From the NCBI GenBank assembly GCA_002269645.1, contig NIVC01002307.1, positions 62,001-126,000 on the forward strand: DNA of 64,000 nt, in the 5' to 3' direction. The translations under genes were made by a program, and so were the position numbers. The notes beneath the pieces were generated by a model, which saw only the letters and a program-made list of their open reading frames with translations, made no database searches and was not told the origin of the DNA. Every line of letters starts with the position of its first letter. The first letter of the stretch is position 1. This DNA comes from Macrostomum lignano (Eukaryota). Below are positions 35,114 to 48,000 of the stretch, one piece after another.

Positions 35114-38100
35114 TCAGTGCAGGCCGCCGCGCATTCTGACGTAGTTCTTCAATAACGAGCCGAAATCGTTGGACGACGAGGACAAGGAGGGACCGCCGCC
35201 GCCGCCGAGGCTGCCGCCAGAAGCAGCGCCGCTGACGCCAGGGCTGCCAGACTTTTTGGCCGCACCCGACGCCTCAATTAGCAGGTCCTCAACTGGGCCA
35301 GATTCGGCTTCTACGCTGGGTAGAGAGTCTGAAAATTAATTTCACAGCTTTACTAGCATTTCTACTTGTAAGTAGGCTATAGTGACGATTCGCATCGCTT
35401 CTTAAAGCTACCATCGTGAGCAACCACAGATACAGGCACAGCGGAACAGAATAGGAAGACAGAGAGGGCAGCTGCTCCTTAGTATTGGGATAGGAAGGTC
35501 CTGACCCCTGACATTTGAGATTATTGCTTTACTCGATCTCTCCTGCGGCGCTTAGACTTCTCTTTGCGAGATCACAGAAATCTCTTCTGTGGCGCCAAAA
35601 TCGCTCCTGTGGCGCCAAAATCTTTCCTGCGGCGCTAAAATCTCTCATGCGGCGCAAAAATGTCTCCTGTGGCGATAAAATCTCTCCTGCGGCGTTAAGA
35701 TTTCTCTTTGCGGCGCTAAAATCTCTCCTGCGGCGCAAAAATGTCTCCTGTGGCGATAAAATCTCTCCTGCGGCGTTAAGATTTCTCTTTGCGGCGCTAA
35801 AATCTCTCCTGCGGCGCAAAAATGTCTCCTGTGGCGATAAAATCTCTCCTGCGGCGTTAAGATTTCTCTTTGCGGCGCTAAAATCTCTCCTGCGGCGCAA
35901 AAATGTCTCCTGTGGCGATAAAATCTCTCCTGCGGCGTTAAGATTTCTCTTTGCGGCGCTAAAATCTTTCCCGCTGATTTACATTAGTCACACCGTAGTT
36001 AAGAGAAAGAAACTAGTAATTCGCATTTCATATACCGAAAAAGAAACTAGGTAATAATAAGTAGAACCTTTCTTGTTTTTCTATCTTTAGCTTCAAAGAA
36101 AACATTTTCAAAGAACTATTCAAAACAAGCTGTAAACGCAGAAGCACAAGCTATAGTTACAGGCCTAACGTAGCAGTTTAAGAAAGAGCAGACCATATAG
36201 AATTGTTATTTTATTTTCTATACAGACAGACAGCTAAGCAGGACACACCTCCCTCAATTGCGGCGGCGCAAGCTCAAAGTAGCACGGTCAGAATGTACAC
36301 TGCGCGCACAGGGTCAAAGCTTGTTTTATTAACCTCCGCTTTCCCTCTCTTACCCAAGTCTGTGTACTGCTGACCCCTTAGATACTGCCATCGGCCGCCG
36401 AAGCCAACGTTTAACTGGCGAAACTCAGTCGCTTTTCGTAGGTCTGCAAGTGGCAACGGGAGGCGAATATGGATAAACTAAACTGTACGCACAGTACGAT
36501 GCACTCAGCTCAGTGTGCCCGCGCAGTTCTAATAAGAATTGAGAGCGGAATGGAGCAGATCCTTCAGGTGGAATGGGGGGAATTCTATGCGGAATGGAGC
36601 AGATCCTTCAGGTGGAATGGGGGGAATTCTATGCGGAATGGAGCAGATCCTTCAGGTGGAATAGGGGGAATTCTATGCGGAATGGATCCGATCCTTCGGG
36701 AGGAATAGGGGGAATTCTATGCGGAATGGATCCGATCCTTCAGGAGGAATAGGGGGAATTCTATGCGGAATGGATCCGATCCTTCAGAGGGAATAGGAGG
36801 AGAATCAGATGCAGATATAAATCAGATTGACAAGCTCACAGTCGTAGGCGGCATAGGCGTCCCTCCTGTGCAGGAAGTACACGAACGCGTAGCTGTCTAA
36901 ATGCCGATGAAATCGTGTCTTAACAGAAATCTCTCTAATTGGACCTAAGCCGCGGCCTTTAAATATATTATGCAACTCTTTCTCTGGATCAGTCCACTCC
37001 TTTGGCAGGTGGCCGATAAATAGAATCCGGCGCTGCTGCACCTCCTCTTCGTCGCCGCTGTTGGGAGATAAGAACGAGGTGGGATAGATTTAGGTTTAGA
37101 ATTAGATTTAGGTTTAGGTTTAGTTCGGATTTGCTTAATAGGGATGAAGTAACAAAGGAACCGGGCCGGACACAAACATGAAGAGGGGCACAGTGGAGTG
37201 GATACAAGCACACCAAAGACAGAGTGAAGTGGATACAAGCACACCAAAGACACAGTGGAGTGGATACAAGCACACCAAAGCCACAGTGGAGTGGATACAA
37301 GCACACCAAAGACACAGTGGAGTGGATACAAGCACACCAAAGACACAGTGGAGTGGATACAAGCACACCAAAGACACAGTGGAGTGGATACAAGCACACC
37401 AAAGACACAGTGGAGTGGATACAAGCACACCAAAGACACAGTGGAGTGGATACAAGCACACCAAAGACACAGTGGAGTGGATACAAGCACACCAAAGACA
37501 CAGTGGAGTGGATACAAGCACACCAAAGACACAGTGGAGTGGATACAAGCACACCAAAGACACAGTGGAGTGGATACAAGCACACCAAAGACACAGTGGA
37601 GTGGATACAAGCACACCAAAGACACAGTGGAGTGGATACAAGCACACCAAAGACACAGTGGAGTGGATACAAGCACACCAAAGACACAGTGGAGTGGATA
37701 CAAGCACACCAAAGACACAGTGGAGTGGATACAAGCACACCAAAGACACAGTGGAGTGGATACAAGCACACCAAAGACACAGTGGAGTGGATACAAGCAC
37801 ACCAAAGACACAGTGGAGTGGATACAAGCACACCAACGACAGAGTGGAGTGGATACAAGCACACCAAAGCCACAGTGGAGTGGATACAAGCACACCAAAG
37901 ACACAGTGGAGTGGATACAAGCACACCAAAGACACAGTGGAGTGGATACAAGCACACCAAAGACACAGTGGAGTGGATACACACACAAAAGGAAGGGCGG
38001 ATACAAGCACACCAAAGCCACAGTGGAGTGGATACACACACAAAAGGAAGGGCGGATACAAGCTTACAGAGGCGCTTTGTTTAATCTTAGAGGATTAGGA

Positions 38101-39717
38101 AGCAATCAAATTATAAATAGATTAATAGAAAACAGATTTAATAAAATGCAAGCACACTAAATCCGAACTCAGTGCTCTTAGGCCATCTCTAAAAGATCGT
38201 TCGTGACTAATCCTTTTGGACAGGATTTTATATCTAGCTACAATATTCAAAGCCAAAAGCACACTTACTGAATAGGGTAATCCCGTTTAAAGATTGAGCT
38301 AGCGCTATTCTGCTCATCATTGGCGGCCGTCTCGGCGCAATCCTTCTCTGCTACCTCCTCTAGCCGCTGTTTCGCCTGTCCGCTATCCCACAGTGTGGAG
38401 TTGGTGAACTCCTGGGCATAGCCGGGCAGGCGGGAACAGGTGCCAGCTTCCGGCGCTTCTTCCCGCGTTGCGGACGCGGACAGGCAATCATTGGCGCCGT
38501 TGGACCTGGCTATGGCCTGGTGCACCAGCACGGGCTTGTCGTTGCACGGTACAACCTTTGAGCCTGTGCTAAGAGTAGTCAGATAGCTTGGCACCTTGTC
38601 TAACACGTTAGCAGATGTGCAGCTGGACTCAGCGGAGGCTTGATTGCCATTGCCAGCAAGGCGTTCAGCAAGGCGTTCATTGCCAGCCGAGGCGCGAACA
38701 TTCTTACTCGAAGAAGAAGTTCTCTTCTTCTTTCGCGAGTTGCTAGGAAGCGTTGAGGAAGATGAGGAGGAGGAGGCGGTTAGCGGTTGTTGCTGCTTGT
38801 TTGAGGAAGGCCTGCGCCGCTTTGCCGGCGGCTCTTTGAAGCTCAAAAACGTTGATGAAGCCGGACGGGAGTCTGCAACAAACATTGCTTCATCTTCCGC
38901 CTGAAGCGATGGCGGCGTCGAATCCACCGCCGACTCGGTCGGACCGTCGTCAAGGACGAAATCTCCGGGGAAGAGCTCCGGATGCGTGGGCGGATCCCAC
39001 ATGGTGTCTAGGTCTAAAATGTTGTTTTCAGCTAAGAGATTAAGATCAATCTCTGTTAATGTATTGAGGCAATAAGCAGTTGTCAAACGCGGCTTGCCCC
39101 TTAAGTAACTTAATTACATAGCAAATCTTTGATGCCAAAACAGAGATGCATCAACACAGGCTGAAGGCTCATGTAAAGAAAATGTGCTCAATTTTTATGC
39201 TGATGTTCAAGCGTGCTTAATCAGAAAAATTCTTAGTACTGGAGAATTCTTACTTCTATTTAACTTAGATGGATCTGGTCAGGGAAGTTAGCCAGCCAGA
39301 GGTTTGTCTATAAATAATTTTGAGAAGCTATTGCATATACTATAAACTAGTGATTGTTTTTTTATAAATTAAACTTGCTTCCTAAACTAGTGTCCATTCA
39401 GACTTTACTATACACGTTAGTTAGCAAATTTCTGGCAGGCAAATTCTGGCTGGTTAACAACTGACTAACTAACATTTCTATCCTTAATGGTGCAATGTTG
39501 AGCCCTGAGTCTTTTGGCTAAAAAGCTCATTAAAAAACCCCGAATAGGTTGATTGCTTACCACAAGACACTATTCCATCAGTGCATTGCCTGTCAATCAA
39601 ATTAATTGGACAACCAATTGTTGATTGATCAAACAATACATTTGGCAACAGATCTTGACTGCCGTGACTACTACTGCTGTGGCTACTGCTGCTGCCACTA
39701 TGGTGATCGAAATTCAT
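35114..39717 (-). CDS. PGC-1/spargel-like coactivator with C-terminal RRM, 487 aa; exons 39561..39717, 38269..39052, 36840..37057, 36354..36443, 35114..35328
   Basis: All four junctions are phase-compatible (1, 2, 1, 1). The RRM reads QQRRILFIG..DSYAFVYF..DAYAA..GFGGRWQY..YTDLDS, with terminal DFGSLLK. This parallels the PGC-1 family RRVIYVG..DSYGFITY..DAFAA..FCGRKQF..YADLDS..DFDSLLK. Confidence 0.8.
35535..35965. repeat. 81-bp higher-order repeat of ~20-bp (CTGCGGCGCTAAAATCTCTC-like) subunits
   Basis: ggcgcaaaaa recurs at 35651 and 35732 (period 81); about 4-5 units in the last PGC-1-like intron. Confidence 0.9.
36545..36800. repeat. 44-bp minisatellite GGAATGGAGCAGATCCTTCAGGTGGAATGGGGGGAATTCTATGC
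   Basis: About 5-6 copies. Confidence 0.92.
37186..38062. repeat. 31-bp minisatellite CACAGTGGAGTGGATACAAGCACACCAAAGA
   Basis: About 27 near-identical copies; they explain the six long ORFs here. Confidence 0.98.
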
Positions 39718-40554
39718 CTGAAATTGGTCAATTTAGTATAGAAATAAAATGGGGAAATTCATTTTTTGCATAGCTAGTAATTGGTAACAGCATGCAATCA
39801 TAAATAAAACCATTTGCTAAAATATTTGGATTTGCAACCTAGTTGATGAAAACTTGTAATTTGCCTCCAAATTTTTCTAATAGGTTTTAAAATGATTTGT
39901 CTAACATTAGCTAAAGCACATTGCTAAAATATTTAAAGTATTTTCTCTCCATGGACAAATTTTCTAACATTATGTAATACATGGTATACATAGTCAATTT
40001 CTAGATTCCTACAATCTGGTTTGCAGAATTTTTCTGTCCAACATCAGTTGTGCAAAAAGTGCAAACAGTTTTGCACATTTGTCAGCACTATTGATTTACT
40101 ATATTTCAATTTTTCCTTATCCACTTGAAACCAATTTAGCTTCACATTGTACCAACCAATACAATGCAGTTGGTATTGTGTGCAGCAATCTTGTTTGCAC
40201 ATGTAGAAATCATTATTAAGTCCAGCAATCAATTTAGTTATTATTTCTGATCGAACAGTGCAAGTCTCATGAAAATCGGTCCAGCCATTTTTTCTCTAAT
40301 CGATTGCGTACAAACAAACAAACAAGCAAGATTTTCATTTTTAGTATATTGGATATGATGTAATTCATACCTTTAAAACTTAATGACTACCATTGCTGGC
40401 ATGTTGTAGCATTCAATGGATTCAAGGGTTGCATTCAATGGACTTAGCACTTTCTATGATCTATTCAACTCATATCTCAAAATGGCTATGTTACTCAATA
40501 GTCACTACTTTATTTTGCACTGAAAATTTACTCTTATGATTTAATATGGCTGAG

Positions 40555-40720
40555 CAAGTCCATAGAAACAGAATGACAAATACTGATTGGCAATGATTAG
40601 TTGATGCCTTTGAAGCTAGCAATGACTAGGTGCTAGGCTAGCTAATGTCCTTAAATATCAAGAATTCCACTGCAAGATCAATCAGCACTACCTAGGTTTG
40701 AGAACCATCCAAATGGTAGC
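40555..40720 (+). mobile_element. Possible fossil Tc1-type transposase N-terminus
   Basis: Translation HRNRMTNTD..LVDAFEASND...LNIKNSTARSI with stops resembles the IS630/Tc1 HTH region. Confidence 0.35.
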
Positions 40721-43700
40721 CTTGTAAAAGTTATAATGCATCTAACCTTGTATCCATGCTTAATACCAAAAATGGTATCAGGATAAGGTTAGGTTTAGGG
40801 TTAGTATAGCATGTCAATCTGGATTTTAAAGTGTAGATTTTTTAAATTATGCTTCTGGTCTTAGCATATAATGTCACAATATAATTATATTATGCTCCTA
40901 GCCTCAAATATCTAATAGTTATTACTACATGCTAATAGACAATTTATGATTGAGGATATAAAGGAAACTAGTAGATATCAACTAGAAAATAACAAAAATC
41001 AAAAAATGGATCTTGTATTGCTATTTCTATTAGACCAAACTTTTTGCTCAGCATGCTTTCAAGCAACTTCTTGCCTATCAAGGAAGACAACACAGAATGT
41101 TGCTGGCAGTGTGCTTAAGTATAAACCCTACCGCACAATGAATTTTTTTTTTCTTTCTTCTTTAGAAGCTTTATATGCTCACATTGTAAATCTTCCAACT
41201 CTTTATCCATCGACTGTATATTTTTCTGTGCTTCCTCTTGTAATATCTGGCTTTTCTTACTTTCAGTAATCTTGCACTCTATTTCACCAGCTTTCCCTTA
41301 TACTATAACACTTTTTCAACATTGCAAAATGTCTTGCTGGCTTTTTCTTTAGTCTGTTTTATTACAAATAACATCTAACATGAAAAACATACAAAAAGCA
41401 TCTAAAAATGCAGAAAAGCGGTTAAAATGTGGTTATAATTTAGGCATGAATTTTTTACATTTTTAGATTTGCCCTGAACTTCATTAATTGCACATTTGTG
41501 CCATATTGTCTCATTTTCTAGCATGATGCAAATTTGCGCCAGAGTGGGAACACTGCATGCAAAGATTCTAATCCAAGTAAGCAGAACTGCTTTAGATATC
41601 ATTACTATTTAGAAGTGTCAAAACTGGTGTGGCCATTTGTGCCACTATATACCTATGATTTGCCAAAATATTAGGTTGCCAAAATGTTATATAGCTAGAC
41701 TAGACAATTCAAAACTACAATAAAAAGGCTATCAACAAAGGACTTACTTAATATAGTTTAAGTATATATATTTAATTTAAACATAATATATAACTTATAA
41801 GGGCCTAAGCCTAATTGAACAAAATAAGAAAGTTATAAAGCAAAACTGTTTTGCCAAATTTTACTAAAGTTTGTTTTGTTTTGTTTTGTATTTTGACAGT
41901 TTGTTAAATTTTATTAAAACAAAACTTTGCTACATTTCAATTCAAGCAAGGACAAAAATGAGTGGATTTAATATCTAATGCTATATGCCTATATAATTAT
42001 AACATTTAACTTTGTTGAGCCAATTTTAATGATCCAGAACTTTTTGAAATCAGGAAAAGTCACAAAGTGTAGGCCTACTGTACATTAGACTTAGAGTTGT
42101 AAAAATTCATAAGCCTAACTTTTATTTAATTCAAAAACCTTACAAGCATCCCTAATATTGGCGCCCTCTAAAATGTTTCCGCCTGTGTGCTGTGCAGGCC
42201 TACTGTATACTAATTAATTATTGTAATTAATTAGGCTAGGACTTTAGGACCTATTAGTATTTAACATTTAAGACTAATTCCCAGGTTAAGATTCCTTATT
42301 CTTTCTGTCGATGTACAGGGTGAATTTTTAATCCTCGGCTATCCATAGTTGACGGCAACGGATAAATGTTGCGGATAAATATGAGAGTACCTCAGACTTA
42401 GACCCTACAGTTACCGGACCAATCGAGGGGCCCCGAGGAGCTAGCTCATCACAGCTCCGCGCGCGCGCACTCATATATATAGGGCCCTTTCATATTGCTT
42501 GTTCTGGTTCCAGAATCAGAACCAATTTGTGAAGTATAACTTTTTGTCTCCATAACTAGAGGGAGATACGTGCTATAAAGTTTTTATTATTGAATGACAA
42601 TCGCCAAGAAGAAAGTGAAAAATTGTTTCAAGTAAGGTTGTTAAGGCAGTCAAACATTCAACAGATTTAAATAGTTATACTGCTGTTTTTCTTGGAAGAT
42701 CCGAACTGATTCTGATTCTGGAATTGGTAATATGAAAAGCCTCATAGAGAAGTCATTTCATATTTTATCATTAATAAGGTTATTTTTTAAACAAAATTTC
42801 AAACTATCTTATTCATTTTATTGTTCACAGTCTCATTTTAAGAAAGTAAGTTATTATAAAAACGTAGGGCTGACTTACCGAATTTTCTTTATTTCTGTAT
42901 AAAAAGTATGTCTTTATTGACACCAGCGATATTGAATTATTTTAATACTGACATAATTTCTTTAAATGCGGACCGGTAGCATGAGAAGATACTTCAATTC
43001 AATATTTTTTGCTCCCGTTGGCGTTATTTGATATTTATAGTTATGATATCATTGAATGTATTATTATTTAAGCATCTTATCGATAGAAACATCAAGCCAC
43101 TGTAGTATTTTTCTTACATTTAAAATGTTGTTGTCAGTGGGAAGGTAACTACACTATAATTCCTAAAACACAACACAAATTACCTAATCAATCAATTCTT
43201 ATCTTAGCAATGTACATTCTGAACTATCTTACCCATTGGCTTGTAATTTATTATATTTTGATTATTACTTTTTTGATTTATTTATATAGGGCTTCTATCT
43301 ATTTAGAAATTACATTTTAAATTTAAACTAAATCCAATGATGTTTTCTCTACCATTGTTGGCTAATATTTCAAGTTTTGGCATTTGCTATGCATATTTTT
43401 TCCTAACAGAAATTGATAACCTAATCATTTCTTAAATTCAGCTTTACTTGTCTCTGTTTATTTATTCTATTTTCTCCCTTTGTTTAGTTCAATCCTATTA
43501 TTCCCTTTCTCTCTTTCCTTTTTTCTGATTGGCTGCTAAAATATAAACTCAAATTTATATCTAGTTATCTTAGTATTTTCTTTATGTGGCACCTAATCTA
43601 AAAACGAACCCAAAAAGATACTTGGGCTGTCACTTTTGTCATTGGAGTTGGTGCTAGTGACATATTCACATTTCTATTGGCAATGCTATCAGTCTTGTCT

Positions 43701-44165
43701 TTAGAGTTAGTGTCAGTAGTCTATCTTGCTAATCTCTCTTGCAAATTTACTCAGTTCCATTATTTCTTGTTAGTCTCTAGTCTCATTCATTCTTTCTATC
43801 AATTTATCACTTCATATCTCATTCACATATTCAATTGACAATATTTTTGTTTATTTCTATACTATACTAGCCATCAACAATTAAAAATAGTGTATTTTAG
43901 AAAGAAAAAATATATCATTCAGTTTATCATTACAACAATTTATTCACTAAAATTTAACAAAACTCTATCCTATATTTTTTCTATCATTTTGTCAACCATT
44001 GATTTTTTAATTCACTTTTTAATTTGATTCTATTTAATTTTAATTCAAATTTCAATTGGTATTCATAAATTCATAGATCTATGAAAGTGTTGAAACTTTC
44101 TTAGTCATTTTTGTGGTTCACTTTCACTGGGCTATATTTATTGTTTTCTTTCTCTGTGTGTCCAG

Positions 44166-44558
44166 TAGAGGTCGGACGGGATTGAAATCTTTGGGCGGGA
44201 TCGGGATCGGGAATAATTTTTTTCTTGGGATTGGGATCGGTATTCGGGAATCGGGATCAGGTCTTTTAGTGTATTTTCCATGTAAAGTTAAACAAAATTG
44301 AGAAAAGATTGTCAAGATCAAGAAGTAAAACACAACGAAATTGATATGAAGTTTTGTAACCAACAAAGTAAATAATGTAACAAGTACAAGTTAAAGCAAA
44401 ATACCTTCAAGTAATCACTAATTCTATAAATTATTAATCGAAAGACCTGTTCCTGAATCTCGAGTTTTTTAGGGTTGGGATTCTGGTCCCGCGGGAATTC
44501 AATTTTCTTCGGGATCCCGAGATTTCGGGATCGGGATTGGGATCCCGTCCGACCTCTA
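44166..44558. mobile_element. hAT MITE (393 bp)
   Basis: Perfect 17-bp TIR TAGAGGTCGGACGGGAT, 8-bp TSD GTGTCCAG (44158-65 and 44559-66), and subterminal GGGATCGG repeats. Confidence 0.93.
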
Positions 44559-45067
44559 GTGTCCAGTTCAATCTTGTTATTCCTCTCTCTCTCCCTTGTT
44601 GCCAAAGGGCAAATGACACAAGCAGGGTATTCTGTCTATAATTTTTTCCTTAGCTCATTTTTACTTTTCATTATTTTATAGTTGTATTTCATTAGAAAAA
44701 TATTGAATGTTTAGTTATCACCTTTTGTTTGTAAATTAAAAATGTCTTAATATATATTAGTCATAATCTTGAGTCAAAGATTTGCAAAAATTTTGTCATA
44801 AGCCTTTACAACATATTTTGCCTTAGTTTTTCTAAGGCTAAGTTTATATGATTAGGTAGTGCCACATGGGATCACATAAGAATTGTATTGATTGAAACAA
44901 TAAAGGTTGTTTTCAGTGTATATGTCAAGTGTCAATTTTCGATTTACAAAGCTATTGGTTTTTATTACTTACTAGTCCATCACCATTTTTTTAATTTTGA
45001 TTTGTGTTTTTCCTTTCCAGGCTTTCTTCCAATAAATTTGGTGAAGCCAAACAGTCTAGCCCAGAAC

Positions 45068-48000
45068 ATGATGGAAACTGAAGAGACCAAGTAAGCATTT
45101 ATAATCTGTGTTTATATTTGTTTCTAAAAGAATTCACCTAAAGTGTTCAAAAAGCACAGTACCTACTCTACCCATTTTAGCTCTTTTGGTAAGATCGTGA
45201 AGATCTCAAAAATCAGCGACTCTGTGGTTAACCCGGAGCCGATGAAAATTGACGAAAGCGTCCTGCTGGATGACTTTCTCAGCCCGCGCCGTCTGGTGAG
45301 TATATTTTGCTGCAATTCAATTTATTAATGATCAGTATTTTATCATTTACCAATCTCTGAATGATGACGGTGAACCAAGCTAGCTGGCGTGTTGATGTTC
45401 GCTCGGCGGCTCTAGGCACCCTGGTGCTACGCCTTCGGAGACATCGTCTTCGAGGCGATTTTTAACTCGCCCATCAGTCCATCCCGCTGACTCCTGAGCA
45501 CACAAGCGCGCCAATACTGTACGCTGGCACGCACTCACACACACGCTCACACAGGGTGTACAGTGGCCCTGACCTTCTAATCGTCAGGCATGTACACTCT
45601 CTGTGCCCTGGGAGCTGGTCCTCGTGGCTGTGAATTGCTCGACAACCTCCTGCCTGCCTGTAACGCGGCGCTCTGATGTGCCAGCGGCCCAGGCTCGATT
45701 CCAAGTGCAGTCAAAATAATTTTAGGCTGAACTGGAATCTCGGCTTGGCTCTGCTCGTGCAATTAACGTCCTTGAGGACCAACCCCCAAGGCACAGTGAA
45801 ATGTACATGCCTAACGATAAATAAAGTTAGGGCCGCTGTACACTCCTGTGTGAGTGTGTGCCTGTGCGTATGACTGCGTACGTATCCGCGCGCTTGTGTG
45901 CCTGCTCAGGGGAGTCGGTGGAATGGGCAGCAATGCCTCTCGCCGGTTGTGTGACAATGTCGCTTGAAGTGCGCCAAAGGGGATGCTAGGCAGCCCCTTT
46001 AGTGAAATGAAACATAAATATAGTACGCTGTGTACTTTTACTTTCACCTCCCTCTCTTTGAAAGCGCGCCCTGACCGGAGTTGAGGACTTGGAGAAGGTA
46101 ACGCAGCTGGAGATGCAGGTGGACACTGGCGAGGCCAGCCTGGGCAATTTCGGAGTCCACCTGCCCAACCTGCGTCAGCTCAAGCTGTCCAACAGCATCA
46201 TCCCGTCGGTGCGGGACCTCGGCTCCTGCCTGTTCAACCTCAGCGTCCTATGGATGCCGCAGTGCTGCCTGGAGAATCTGGACGGTATAGCCAGTATGGC
46301 TCGGCTCAGAGAGCTGTACCTCAGCTATAACGAGATTGTTGACGTGTCTCCATGCGGGATGCTTGAGCATTTGGAGATACTCGACTTGGAAGGGTGAGGT
46401 TTGCCAGTCAGACATTTGCCAGTCAGACATTTTTCTGTCAGACATTTGCGAGTCAGACGTCGTCAGGCATGTACACTATGTGTGCCTTGGGGACGGGGTT
46501 GGCCCTCATGACTGTCGAATCGCACGACATCCCCCAGGCAAATTTTTGTGCACAAGCCCCAAACGAATGCGTTTGGGCACGGAATCGAACCAGTGGTCGT
46601 GGTGCTAAAGTCAGACGCGTTTACCACAAAGCCGTACAAAAATTCAGATCAGACCACCCTAATATGAAAATATGATTTCTAGAAAAACAACCCTCACATT
46701 CCAGTAACCTGATTGACGACATTCACAATGTGATGTACCTGTCGATGTGTTCGCAGCTCAGGCAGCTGTCGTTAGAGGGCAACCCCGTGTGCAGCCGGCC
46801 GGGCCCGAAGGAGGACGCGGTGAGTGGAACAGCAAATTCTTGCACGATTTGATATTTGATGACAAGAGGCATTCTACAATCACATCGATACCCTTAAGTT
46901 AAATGCTTGCTGTTACCGGAGAATGAACAGGAAATTTTCAGCTGCCACATTAAATTCAAGTGGCAATAAGTTTGTTGTCGGAAGTCAGTTTGTACAAAGA
47001 AATCGTACTTGTTAATAAAACATTCTAATGGTGGAAACACTTCCAATCTAGTTCTTGTTTAGTATTTTGGCTCATTATTCATAAGTTTGACAAACTTTGA
47101 GAATCCTATGCAAACTAGCGCGGACATTCTGCATACTATACTACTGCCTTAAAAGTAGCAGATGGAGAGTTATTAGGTAAAAAACGCGACACCTTCAGGC
47201 CGGCTACAACTACAGAGAGGAGGTGCTGCGCATGCTGCCCAGCCTGCAGTGCCTCGACGACGTGCCAACAGGCGAGCGGGACCCGAATCCCCAGCTGCGC
47301 CAGGCCACTCTGCAATTCGATGAGCACTGGAATTATATCAATAGCCTGCTGCAAGAGTCCGGCATGCTGGCTACGGCCGCCTCGTCCGAGAGTCTGGACA
47401 CTTCATCCGGCATTGGCAGCACCCTGCCGAGTTCCAATCGGCCGCGCACTGGCGCGTCTACGGCGGCCGCCAGTAGCGCCTCGCTGCCGCCAAGGCCGCA
47501 ATCGGCGCTGCGGATGCCCAGCGCGCAGAAGCGCCTCATGACTTCGAAGGGCCGGCCGGGCACGGCCAACCGGCCGGGATCGGCGCTAATCAGGCCCGGC
47601 TCGGCCGCCTCCAATGCCAGCAGCGCAGACGGTGAGGACCTTATCCTGGATGAACTTGGATATTTTAATTAATTCTAGGAGTTCCCATAAACTCAGAAAT
47701 TTTAATAAATTCTCGATAAACCTTGATAAACATGGATAAATTTTCATAGATTTCCAATAAACCTGGAATTTTTAATAAAATCCTAATAAACCCGGAAATT
47801 TTAATAGATTCCAAATAAACCCGGAAATTTTAATTGGTTCCAAATAAACCCAGAAATTTTGATAGTTTCCTAATAAACCCGGAACTTTTTTCAAATTCCT
47901 AAAAAACTGGAAATATTAGTAGATTCCGATTAAACCCGGAAATTTTAGTAAACTCTAAATTCAACCCTATGTTCTAAAACTACTGACTTTATTTAACCCT

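Noticed and set aside
36945-38160. Six 286-364 aa ORFs on both strands
   Set aside because: A stop-free 31-bp satellite produces the periodic peptides.
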